DNA from: Parcubacteria group bacterium
GTDB taxonomy: Bacteria > Patescibacteriota > Minisyncoccia > JACPHC01
NCBI GenBank assembly: GCA_016188775.1
Contig: JACPHC010000001.1
Coordinates: forward strand, 45,519-109,518
Length of the DNA stretch: 64,000 nucleotides
Reading direction: 5' to 3'
Positions 35,588 to 44,880 of this stretch are shown here, in pieces. A program made the position numbers and the translations under genes. Each line of letters starts with the position of its first letter. Positions within the stretch are counted from its first letter, which is position 1. Below the pieces are notes generated by a model, which was given only the letters and a program-made list of their open reading frames with translations, did no database searches and was not told where the DNA came from.

Positions 35588-37411
35588 ATGTCCTGGATTT
35601 TCGTAGCTTTTATTTCTCATTTTTTATTCGCCGTTGTTTTCGCTATTGATAAAATATTGGTCGGCCGATATATTTCTCCCATTCAATACGCTTTAATTAT
35701 CGGCTTTTTTGAGGGACTGGCCGTTTTGCTCATTCCTTTTGTAAATTTTTTATTTCCAAATTTTTACGTATTCCTCCTTTCTCTTTTGGCCGGCGCCAGT
35801 TTTATTTTCGGCCTTTATTTTTATTTCAAGGCCCTGGAACACCGGGAAGCGACTTGGATAACGCCGATGGTTTTCGGGATTTTTATGCCCATCGCCAGTT
35901 TTGGCCTAAATTATTTCATTCTCGGAGAGCGGCTTTCAGTTTTTCAAATAGCCGCTTTTATTTTTTTAGTTTCGGGCGGAGTTATTCTGTCTTTACCGGG
36001 AAAATCCGATAAATCCGTCCTACAAAAATCAATCTTCCCTATTTTTATTTTTATGATAATAGCCAGTTTATTTTTAAGCTCGGAATTCACTCTGTTAAAA
36101 TTAATATTTCAAAAAACAAATTTTATTTCCGGCTATATTATTTCCCGATTCAGCGGATTTCTATTGGCTCTGGCGGCCTCTTTGTTTATTTTTAACAAAG
36201 AAAAAATTATCGCCTTATTTTTTTCAGATAAAAAACAATTCGGGAAAATTTTGATTTTTAAACAAATTTTATCGGGATTGGGAAACTTTTTGCTTTTTTA
36301 CGCGGTGTGGCTGGCCTCCCCCACCTTAGTTAACGCCACTGGCGGTTTTCGATTTATTTTTTTCTTAATTATAATAATTTTTCTTTCTTATAAATTCCCG
36401 AAAATCTTGGAAGAAAAACTCGGTTTTAAAAATATTTTTAAAAAAATTATCGCCGTTTTGCTTGTTGGGGCGGGATTAATTTTTCTTTTTTTTCAGCCTT
36501 TTATTCCGCCGGGCGCTAAAATTTGGGGCCTGACTTATTCATCGTTTTACGCACGCCAGTTTGGCTTTGATGAAATCAAGCTCTTGAAAAAAATAATTGA
36601 CGATCTGGGAGTCAAAGAATTTCGGCTCATAGCTTATTGGCCGGAAATTGAGCCCAAAAAAGACAGCTATGATTTTTTTCTTTTAGATTCAGAAATTAAA
36701 GAAATCGAAAAAACGGTCGGAAAAATTATTTTGACGCTGGGAATGAGAGTGCCGCGCTGGCCCGAATGCCACATTCCCAAATGGATAGAAAATGAATCTA
36801 AAAATTATAAAGAAGAAAGAATTTTAAGATACATCAGCCAAGTAGTTGCCAGATATAAAAATAACGCGGCCGTCTGGGCTTGGCAAGTTGAAAACGAGCC
36901 GTTTTTAGGTCATTTTGGCGAATGCCCAAAAACCGATCCTCTGTTTTTAGATAAAGAAATCCGGTTAGTCAAATTGATGGATAACACAAGGCCGATTATT
37001 ATTTCCGACAGCGGAGAATTAGGCCGCTGGCATAAAGCTTACCAACGGTCGGATATTTTTGGCACGACAATGTACCGAGTTATCTGGAATAAATACACCG
37101 GTTATTTCACTTATCCCTTAAACCCTTCTTTTTTTCAAAATAAAGCCGGAATTTTGCGATTCTTTTTCGGCCCGAAAGAAATTATTAACGTGGAATTGCA
37201 GGCCGAGCCTTGGCTTCAAAAAAGACCTTGGGAAACGCCCTTAGTTGAACAAATAAAAGCGTTTCCTTTTTCGCAATTTAAGGAAAATATTGAATACGCC
37301 AAAAATGTCGGTTTTGAGAAAAATTATCTTTGGGGCGCGGAATGGTGGTATTGGATGAAAGAAAAAAACAACATTCCCGAATTTTGGGAAGAAGCGAAAA
37401 AACTTTTTTAA
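35588..37411 (+). CDS. fusion protein: N-terminal polytopic DMT/EamA-like membrane domain plus C-terminal GH5/GH42-like glycoside hydrolase TIM-barrel domain
   Basis: 607 aa. Roughly 300 aa of ~10 hydrophobic helices, then RLIAYWPEIEPKKDSYDF...WAWQVENEP. This is a clan GH-A pattern with the acid/base in NEP. Confidence 0.65.
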   Translation: MSWIFVAFISHFLFAVVFAIDKILVGRYISPIQYALIIGFFEGLAVLLIPFVNFLFPNFYVFLLSLLAGASFIFGLYFYFKALEHREATWITPMVFGIFMPIASFGLNYFILGERLSVFQIAAFIFLVSGGVILSLPGKSDKSVLQKSIFPIFIFMIIASLFLSSEFTLLKLIFQKTNFISGYIISRFSGFLLALAASLFIFNKEKIIALFFSDKKQFGKILIFKQILSGLGNFLLFYAVWLASPTLVNATGGFRFIFFLIIIIFLSYKFPKILEEKLGFKNIFKKIIAVLLVGAGLIFLFFQPFIPPGAKIWGLTYSSFYARQFGFDEIKLLKKIIDDLGVKEFRLIAYWPEIEPKKDSYDFFLLDSEIKEIEKTVGKIILTLGMRVPRWPECHIPKWIENESKNYKEERILRYISQVVARYKNNAAVWAWQVENEPFLGHFGECPKTDPLFLDKEIRLVKLMDNTRPIIISDSGELGRWHKAYQRSDIFGTTMYRVIWNKYTGYFTYPLNPSFFQNKAGILRFFFGPKEIINVELQAEPWLQKRPWETPLVEQIKAFPFSQFKENIEYAKNVGFEKNYLWGAEWWYWMKEKNNIPEFWEEAKKLF

Positions 37412-37470
37412 TTTGCAAAAATATCTAAAAGTTGCTAATATTTACCATTATTAAATAATAAAACCTGTTT

Positions 37471-37779
37471 ATGTTCGCAGTCATTGAAACCGGCGGAAAA
37501 CAATATAAGGTTTCGCCAAAACAAAAAATTAAAATTGAAAAAATCAGCCAAAAAGAAAAGGAAAATTTTATTTTTGATAAAATACTTTTGGTTGAAAACA
37601 AAGAAATTCAAATTGGAACTCCTTATATTAAAGGCGCGACGGTTAGCGGCCGTGTTTTAAAGCAAGGGAAGGATGAAAAAAAGATTATTTTTAAATATCA
37701 TTCCAAAACGCGGTATCGAAAAAAAAAGGGGCATCGTCAGCCTTTTACCGAAGTAGAAATTTTGGATATAAAATCATAA
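37471..37779 (+). CDS. rplU: 50S ribosomal protein L21
   Basis: MFAVIETGGKQYKV... N-terminus. 102 aa. Confidence 0.9.
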   Translation: MFAVIETGGKQYKVSPKQKIKIEKISQKEKENFIFDKILLVENKEIQIGTPYIKGATVSGRVLKQGKDEKKIIFKYHSKTRYRKKKGHRQPFTEVEILDIKS

Positions 37780-37782
37780 AAA

Positions 37783-37812
37783 TTAACCCCGCCGTCGGCG
37801 GGGTTAATTTTT
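37783..37812. terminator. bidirectional rho-independent terminator between rplU (+) and the cohesin gene (-)
   Basis: CCCCGCC-GUCG-GGCGGGG hairpin with an A-run upstream and TTAATTTTT downstream. Confidence 0.75.
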
Positions 37813-37832
37813 AACGCGATAAAAAGAAAAAA

Positions 37833-39566
37833 TTATTTCAATTTTTTTATTTCTTCGGGAATATATTTTTTCATTCTGGCGATAATATTTTTTATTTTTC
37901 CGACCACAAATTCTATTTCCACCCGTCGATCGCTCCGATCTTTAACTCGCGTTTCCAATTCTTTTAATTCGTTTTCAAGAAGTAAAGCGAATTTTTCAAC
38001 GTCTCTAATCGTGATAATCGAATAAGCTCCTTTTTTTTGTTTATTTAAAATATAGAAATAAGCGACGGCTGAAGCGCCGGAAATAAGAGCGAAAATTGAC
38101 AGCAGAATAATTTCAAACCAGCCGAGATTTAAGATGCCGATTGATAAAATAACCGGCGGCCGAATTTGAATCGTTTCCGGATCCGTTTCGTAACTTATGG
38201 CGCCTCGGACATCTTCGGCCTGAAGAGTTAATTTGTATTTTCCCGTTTCCAGCGTTCTGTCAATAACCATTTTCCAATTTCCAAATCCATCGCTCCCCGC
38301 TTTTTCTCTCGCTATTTCTTTTCCATTCAAATTATAAATCCGAATATGAACAAATGATAAAGGAAGAGTTTTGCCGGAAACGAATATCGCGTCCGGACGA
38401 TAAACTCGTCTTGTAATAAAATCAAAAGCAGGTTTTGGAAGCGGCAAAATATTAAATTCCAAATCGTCTTCAATGCTGTTGCCGGCGACATCCACCGCGC
38501 GCGCCAAAACAATGTGATTTCCGGGAGCCTGGACCGGCAATTTTAAAGAAGTGGCTGAAGCATCTGGCTTGGCCGCTTCTTTGTTGTCAACAAAAATTTC
38601 GTAGCGATAAATGCCGGAAAGGCTGTCTTGCGTGCCGTAATTTATTTCCGGCGTCGGATTATCGGAAGCGGTCTGATCAATTTTTATTTCAAAAGGGGCC
38701 GGCGGAGTCGTGTCCAGCGAAATTTTAAAATGAGCCGTTTCTCCCAGTCCGATATTATTTTTAAAGCGAACATGAATCCACCAAATACCTTCTTTAATAA
38801 CGCCGAAGTTTTTACCATTAAATAAATCTTTTTCCGGTTTTGTCGGCGCGGTGTCCTCTTTATTATCCAACAAAGCGGCAAATTGGATTACATCGCTTGG
38901 CACGTCCCAAAGAGCGATTACATCGCTCATAACGTTATACCATTTAGCCGGATCCGGATAGAGAGGGACTTTAAGTTCCGGAGCTTTTGGAAGATTAAAA
39001 GCGGGCACGGGCGCTCTTTCAATCTTTTCAGGCTGCTTGACTGCCGGCAAAATTTCCGGCAAAGCGGCCGGAGGCAAAACCGACGGAGGAGTAATGCCGA
39101 CAAATATCATTGCCGACTCGGATTTTTGAAAAACATTGGTGCCCAAACCGTCAGCGGCCGTAATCGTTATATCGGAGAAATTTATTTCCGCTTCCCCGTT
39201 CTGCTTGGCTTTGAATTTTAATTTAAGAATTTGGATGGAGGAACCGGAAATTCCTTTAGCCGCGCCGCCAATAAATTTAAGAAGGCCGGTTTCATTGGAA
39301 AAAGACGGCTCTTCAAGCCAAAAATTAAACACGGAACCGGTTTTATCGAAATTTAAAAGCTCCAGATTGTCTTTTGAGAAACCAAAAGTGACGCCAGCGG
39401 CGTTAATGGAAACGTTATTTGTGTTGATTTTAATGTCCAACTCAAACTCATCGCCGGCGGAAACATTTTTTGAAACGGGAATAATAGAAATCGTCGCCGC
39501 GTTGGCCGACCAAGCGAAGCTTAATAAAATTAAGACGGCGAGTATGAGCGAGCGTTTAAATTTCAT
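37833..39566 (-). CDS. cohesin-domain surface protein with C-terminal TM anchor
   Basis: 577 aa. Signal peptide. N-terminal module ISIIPVSKNVSAGDEFELDIKINTNNVSINAAGVTFGF...LKFKAKQNGEAEINFSDITI has the cohesin pattern. C-terminal TM GWFEIILLSIFALISGASAVAYFYIL followed by a charged tail. Confidence 0.6.
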   Translation of the reverse strand: MKFKRSLILAVLILLSFAWSANAATISIIPVSKNVSAGDEFELDIKINTNNVSINAAGVTFGFSKDNLELLNFDKTGSVFNFWLEEPSFSNETGLLKFIGGAAKGISGSSIQILKLKFKAKQNGEAEINFSDITITAADGLGTNVFQKSESAMIFVGITPPSVLPPAALPEILPAVKQPEKIERAPVPAFNLPKAPELKVPLYPDPAKWYNVMSDVIALWDVPSDVIQFAALLDNKEDTAPTKPEKDLFNGKNFGVIKEGIWWIHVRFKNNIGLGETAHFKISLDTTPPAPFEIKIDQTASDNPTPEINYGTQDSLSGIYRYEIFVDNKEAAKPDASATSLKLPVQAPGNHIVLARAVDVAGNSIEDDLEFNILPLPKPAFDFITRRVYRPDAIFVSGKTLPLSFVHIRIYNLNGKEIAREKAGSDGFGNWKMVIDRTLETGKYKLTLQAEDVRGAISYETDPETIQIRPPVILSIGILNLGWFEIILLSIFALISGASAVAYFYILNKQKKGAYSIITIRDVEKFALLLENELKELETRVKDRSDRRVEIEFVVGKIKNIIARMKKYIPEEIKKLK

Positions 39567-39578
39567 AATAATAAAAAT

Positions 39579-41612
39579 TTATATTTTTATAGCTTTAAGA
39601 AAAAGACTGAAATCAATTATGTTAATTTGGCCATCATTATTCAAATCAATAGTTGATTTAATATTTTCTTCGAAAGAACCCCAGCGAAAAAGAAAAATAC
39701 TCCAATCGGTTATATTGACGATATTGTCCTTATTTAAATCAGACTTAACGATTATCAAAGGCGATATTTTAAAGGTTTTCGCGAAAGAAAAATTGCTTTT
39801 CCTGTCGGTCTTGTCAATTTGCCGAACACTGGCGGCATGTGTTCCTATTTTAACATCACTCGCGTTTTTCGTAAAATTATAACGCCCAGTTTCATCGCTT
39901 TGAATTTCTTTTATTTTTACGCCATTAATAATCAACTCAACGATGTTCGATGGGGCCGCGTAGCCGAATATATTTATTTCATCCGTATCGGCCACAATGC
40001 TTTTTTGAAAAGCAATGGTTGGCTGAAAAAAAATATCTCTAATCGTAATTTTATCGGAAGCGATTAAATCAACGGAAAAAGCGATAATGCCGCTTTTTTG
40101 ATTATTTTGATCTTCGGCTTCCAAAGTAAAAAGATAAATATCCCTAATCAACGAAGCGACTTTTATATTAAAAGTCCCATTCGGCAATATATTCAATTCT
40201 TCAATTTTGGCCACATTATGAAATTTTTCATCGGTCGAACCTTTAACTAAAACATTTATTTTGCTTTGCGGATAAGCTTGGCCTTGAAAAATAACATTCG
40301 TGGGTTCAACGTGACTTGCTTCTCCTCCCGCAGAAGGAGGTGGCGGCGGAGGTAAAACCGCCGCCTGAATCGTAGTTGTTCCGCTAATGGCCACGGCTGT
40401 GGCTGGAGTTACTGAACCGGCTGAAGCGATGACTTCCGTGGCAGGATTGGTAATTTCGATTTCAATGGTTTCTCCGGAAGAAGCGCCGGAGCCGACATCC
40501 AGAACAACATAGACGCAAACCGAAGCGGTGGCAACGGTCATTGAGCCGGTAAAAGAGGCTTTAGCCGAGGAGTTGAAAGAAGAAGTGGCGCCGTATTGGG
40601 TTTCCGCGCCGGAGAAAGATTCGGCTGAACAATTAGTAACCGCGGTTTCAAAAAAAAGTTTGACATTAGCCAGATTGGTATTGGCATTGACCGTGCCGGT
40701 TTCGGAAATAGTAATGGAAGTAACGGTAGTGGAACCGATGTTTCTGATTAAAGTAAAAGCTCCGCCAACATAGTTGTTGGTAGCGCCAATAGTCATAGCC
40801 GAGGTTTGGGAACCGATAGCGCCAACGGTAATGACCGGAGCAATTTCCTTAATCGCGACGATTATCGCGGCCCAATCGCGCGCGTTGCCAAGCGTGGGAT
40901 TATAAGTATCTCCTGTTAATGTCGTTATTCTGCTTCCCCATCGGCTGGATATATTCGTTGCCGCGCCTCCCCCGGTCGTTCCAACACTTGTATTATTGGC
41001 GTAATCAGCGTCTTGGGTAAAAGCGTCGCCGTTAGGCCCTTCAACGCCAACCTGACCTAAAAATAAATATTCTTGAGAAACTAAGCCGCTGACTAAAGCC
41101 GAAGGGGAATTAGTGCTGCCCGAACCGGTGCCTGTTCCGGCTATCGAGAAAGTACTGCCCGCGCCAATACTGAATTCTTCCAAAGCCATGACTTTTGAAT
41201 TAACAGCGCCGGAAAAATTAACAGTCACGGAATCGGCAACGCCAAGTCCGACAGTCAAAATAGAACCCCACATTGAAACTGTCACTCCTGAACCGGCCGC
41301 GCCAGAGGCATTGGTAAATTCCACAAATTGAGCGTAGGTATTGCCTTTGCTGTCCGTCACTGACGTGTGTTCGTTATTGTCTCCGTTAACCGCGCTTAAA
41401 TTATCAGAGGCCGCGCGTATCACTAAAAAAGCGCCGGAAGGAATCGAAGCCGTCGGACTAACGCTTATATTGGCACCGCCGGTTTTATTATTAGCGCTGC
41501 CCCTATGCGCGACAAAAGCCCAAGAGGCTTGGGCTTTTTGAACGTTAAATATAAAAACAAAAATTAAAAAAAGAATTAACGAAAAAATAAAACCTTTCAA
41601 AAACCATTTCAT
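39579..41612 (-). CDS. secreted protein with poly-Pro linker and C-terminal dockerin module
   Basis: 677 aa. Signal peptide. Gly/Thr/Ser-rich beta regions. PPPPPS linker. C-terminal duplicated Ca-binding segments DLNKDNIVNITDWSIF and DLNNDGQINIIDFSLF. Confidence 0.65.
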   Translation of the reverse strand: MKWFLKGFIFSLILFLIFVFIFNVQKAQASWAFVAHRGSANNKTGGANISVSPTASIPSGAFLVIRAASDNLSAVNGDNNEHTSVTDSKGNTYAQFVEFTNASGAAGSGVTVSMWGSILTVGLGVADSVTVNFSGAVNSKVMALEEFSIGAGSTFSIAGTGTGSGSTNSPSALVSGLVSQEYLFLGQVGVEGPNGDAFTQDADYANNTSVGTTGGGAATNISSRWGSRITTLTGDTYNPTLGNARDWAAIIVAIKEIAPVITVGAIGSQTSAMTIGATNNYVGGAFTLIRNIGSTTVTSITISETGTVNANTNLANVKLFFETAVTNCSAESFSGAETQYGATSSFNSSAKASFTGSMTVATASVCVYVVLDVGSGASSGETIEIEITNPATEVIASAGSVTPATAVAISGTTTIQAAVLPPPPPPSAGGEASHVEPTNVIFQGQAYPQSKINVLVKGSTDEKFHNVAKIEELNILPNGTFNIKVASLIRDIYLFTLEAEDQNNQKSGIIAFSVDLIASDKITIRDIFFQPTIAFQKSIVADTDEINIFGYAAPSNIVELIINGVKIKEIQSDETGRYNFTKNASDVKIGTHAASVRQIDKTDRKSNFSFAKTFKISPLIIVKSDLNKDNIVNITDWSIFLFRWGSFEENIKSTIDLNNDGQINIIDFSLFLKAIKI

Positions 41613-41648
41613 CGCCTGATGATTATTATTTAAAGATACGTGGATGAT

Positions 41649-42044
41649 TTATTTTTTGCCTAAAGCCTGTTCGGAACTAAAAAATTCTTTTGCTTTTTCA
41701 ACAATTTCCGTCAAAGCGTGCTGGGATTTGACGATATAATCAATGGCTCCCAATTGCAGTCCTTTTTTAATGTCTTCGTCGGCTCCAAGCATTGAAATAA
41801 TAATAACCGGAATAGCGTTTGTGCCGGGCGCGGATTTTAATTCTTTTAAAACTTCAAAACCGGATTTTTTCGGAAGCAACAAATCTAAAAAAACCGCGTC
41901 CGGCTTTTTAGATCTGGCCATTTCAAGACCCGACTCGCCGTCATAGGCCTTAGACACCTCAAACCCCGCCTCAATTAATTCTTCGGCCATAACGCGGGAT
42001 AAAATTTCATCATCTTCAATCAAAAGTATTTTTTTCGTTGCCAT
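41649..42044 (-). CDS. single-domain response regulator (CheY-like)
   Basis: 131 aa. LLIEDDE, the phospho-acceptor in VFLDLLLP, and a conserved K near the C-terminus. Confidence 0.85.
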   Translation of the reverse strand: MATKKILLIEDDEILSRVMAEELIEAGFEVSKAYDGESGLEMARSKKPDAVFLDLLLPKKSGFEVLKELKSAPGTNAIPVIIISMLGADEDIKKGLQLGAIDYIVKSQHALTEIVEKAKEFFSSEQALGKK

Positions 42045-42049
42045 ATTTG

Positions 42050-44869
42050 TTATTTATTGTCCATTTTACCATTTTTATTTTCAAAACGCAAAGGAAGTTG
42101 AACGAAAAAAGTCGCGCCTTTATTTTCTTCGGATTCAAACCAGATTTTACCGCCTAAAAGTTCAACGGTTTCCTTAACCATAAAAAGACCGAGGCCGGAG
42201 CCGCTGGGCTTGATTAGACGGGCGTTGGGCGCCCGATAAAACCTTTCAAAAATATGACCTTGATCCTCTTTGGCAATGCCAATGCCGGAATCCTTAATCT
42301 GAAAAAGAAAAGTTCCGTTTTGTTTTTTTAAAGAAAGAACAACCTCCCCGCCCGGATAAGCGTAATCTATGGCGTTGGAAATTAAAGAAATTAGTATATT
42401 TCTGGCCATATTTTGATCCAAAATCACATTTAATTTTTCGGGGTAATCTTTAAATATAAAATTAATATTTTTTTGAACATACAAAGGTTCGTATTCTTCC
42501 AAGAAAAATTGAATAATTTTGACTATATCAAAAGTTTCCGGCTGAATCGGCATTTTTCCGGACTCCAATCTGGAAACAGTCAAAAACAAATCAACCAATT
42601 CAGAAAGCCGCCTGATGGAAAGACGGATGTCGTTCAAATAGACTTGCCCTTTGTCGGAAATTTTTTCTTTTTTCAAAAGAACTTCGGCAATCCAGGAAAT
42701 CGCGGTCAGAGGCGTGCGAAGCTGATGAGAAGCGAAAGCGATAAATTCATTTCTAACCCGATTGATTTCGATTTCTTTTGAAACATCGCGAAAAACGGTC
42801 ATCGCGCCGATAATAGCGTTATTTAAAATAAGCGGCGCCACCGTGACGCTAATGGGAAATTTTGTGCCGTCTTTTCGAATAAAATAATAAGAAAGAGACT
42901 CGGTACTGGTGGCAATGGAAATGCCTCGGCGCAAAGCGATAATAATCGGCCGCTGATCGGTCGGAATATCAGCGCCGGAAGAGTCTTGTATCCGAACAAT
43001 GTCAGTGAATTTTTTCCCGAAAAGTTCATTGGTTTTCCAGCCTAAAGCGTTTTCCGCGGCCCTATTTATAAATATCACTTTTTCATCCAATCCTATGGCC
43101 ACAATTCCGTCGCTAATTGAAAAAAGTATCGTTTCGTTTTTTGTTTTAGATTCTAGAAATTCTTGAGTAATTTTTTGTTCAGTGACATCTTGAATTACCC
43201 CGATTAATTTTATTTCCTTTTTTAAATCCTCTACGGCATTAATCCAAAATTGAAGCTGGCGTTTCTGGCCGTTATTTTTTAATATTGAAAAAAAACCCAT
43301 TTGCGAACCTTTCTTTTTGATTAATTTTTTTATACTGGAAACAATCGTTGACCTATCTTCCGGAACGATAAAATTTAAAAATTCTTCAAAGCTTAAATAT
43401 GGCCTTTGAGAAGACAAATCAAGTATTTTATATATTTCCGACGACCATTCGGTTTTATTTTTTTCAATACTCCAGATAAAATGCCCGAAGTGAGCTATTT
43501 CTTCGGCTTTAAACAAATACATTTCACTTTCCCGAATTTTATTATCAAGTTCTTTTTGGCTGATAAAATTGCCTATTTGTTCTCCAATAATTTTAACCGT
43601 ATTAAGCAAATCTTGATCCGGAGAAATAATTCTGGCGCTGAAAACTTCAATAATAGCTGCGACTTTATTATTTTTTATAATCGGAAAGCCGAAAGCGCCG
43701 TGCAAATCCGCTACTTTGGCGTGGCGAAAGCGCGGAAAATTAGGATCGCGGGTTATGTCTGAAATCCAAGACGGTTCTTTAAGCCTTAAAATTCTTCCGG
43801 GAAGACCGATGCCAATCGAAAAAATCGTTTTTTGGCTTATCTTAATAAAATTTTTAGGGTTGAAACTTGGCCTTTTCCAAAAAAGACTCATTTTAAGTTC
43901 GTTTTCCTTCTCATTCACGATCCATAATTGCGCCAATTCGTAATCTAAAATTTCAGTAAAATTTTGAAGAATTTTTTCCTCGGTCTCTTCAATGGATTTA
44001 AATTCAGCCAGTATGCTTGAAATCGAATATTGAAGTTTTCTTCTTAATTCATATTGGCTTTCTTCAAATTGCTTTCTTTCGGTAATATCCTGTATAACGC
44101 CGACTATTTTGATCGCCTCTTTTTGATTGCCATTAACAATGACGGACAAACGCGCGTGCAAAATCAATTCTTCGCCGGTTTGTTTGATTATTCTGAATAC
44201 TATTTCTCGCGATTGAAAATCCTCTTTCAATTCTTCAAAAAATTTCAATAAATATTTTCGATCTTCCGGATAAACAAATTTTAAAAAATTTTCTTGAGTT
44301 GATTTAACTTGTTTGGACGAAATACCCAAAATATCATAAAGTTCGGCCGACCAATACATTTTATTTTTTACCAAATCCCATTCCAAAGAACCGACGCGAC
44401 TAATATACTGAGCTCTGGCCAAATGCTGTTCGCTTTCCTTGATTAAAGATGTTTTGATTCGATCAGGCGCGGTGATTTCCGGTTCAATGCCGATAAAAAA
44501 TTCCGCCTCTCCTTTTTTATTTAAAATGGGCGAAATTCTCAGCTCCTGCCAGTATTCCTGACCGTTTTTTCTGATATTTAAAACGCTGCCGATAAAAGGT
44601 TTTTTATTAAATTTAATAGTCCGCCACATTTTTTCATAAAAACTCTTGGGCATTTTTCCTCCCCAAAGATCGCCGGGATTTTTGCCGATCATTTCTTGTT
44701 TTGAATATCCGGTGCTGAATTCAGCGGCTTTATTGGCGTATAAAATATTGCCGTTTTCATCAGTAATAATAATGTGATCGTTTATTATTTCAAAACTGGC
44801 CGTTAAAGGCTCAATTTTTTTAACGCGCCGTTTTAATTCTTTTGAAGTCAAATAAAATCGTTGAGACAT
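42050..44869 (-). CDS. cytoplasmic multi-PAS/GAF sensor histidine kinase
   Basis: 939 aa. Several PAS-like blocks (for example NPGDLWGGKMPKSF) and one GAF-like block. H-box ASHQLRTPLTAISW. HATPase_c G-boxes DSGIGI and GSGLGLFMV. No TM segments. Confidence 0.85.
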   Translation of the reverse strand: MSQRFYLTSKELKRRVKKIEPLTASFEIINDHIIITDENGNILYANKAAEFSTGYSKQEMIGKNPGDLWGGKMPKSFYEKMWRTIKFNKKPFIGSVLNIRKNGQEYWQELRISPILNKKGEAEFFIGIEPEITAPDRIKTSLIKESEQHLARAQYISRVGSLEWDLVKNKMYWSAELYDILGISSKQVKSTQENFLKFVYPEDRKYLLKFFEELKEDFQSREIVFRIIKQTGEELILHARLSVIVNGNQKEAIKIVGVIQDITERKQFEESQYELRRKLQYSISSILAEFKSIEETEEKILQNFTEILDYELAQLWIVNEKENELKMSLFWKRPSFNPKNFIKISQKTIFSIGIGLPGRILRLKEPSWISDITRDPNFPRFRHAKVADLHGAFGFPIIKNNKVAAIIEVFSARIISPDQDLLNTVKIIGEQIGNFISQKELDNKIRESEMYLFKAEEIAHFGHFIWSIEKNKTEWSSEIYKILDLSSQRPYLSFEEFLNFIVPEDRSTIVSSIKKLIKKKGSQMGFFSILKNNGQKRQLQFWINAVEDLKKEIKLIGVIQDVTEQKITQEFLESKTKNETILFSISDGIVAIGLDEKVIFINRAAENALGWKTNELFGKKFTDIVRIQDSSGADIPTDQRPIIIALRRGISIATSTESLSYYFIRKDGTKFPISVTVAPLILNNAIIGAMTVFRDVSKEIEINRVRNEFIAFASHQLRTPLTAISWIAEVLLKKEKISDKGQVYLNDIRLSIRRLSELVDLFLTVSRLESGKMPIQPETFDIVKIIQFFLEEYEPLYVQKNINFIFKDYPEKLNVILDQNMARNILISLISNAIDYAYPGGEVVLSLKKQNGTFLFQIKDSGIGIAKEDQGHIFERFYRAPNARLIKPSGSGLGLFMVKETVELLGGKIWFESEENKGATFFVQLPLRFENKNGKMDNK

Positions 44870-44880
44870 TTTAATATGAT

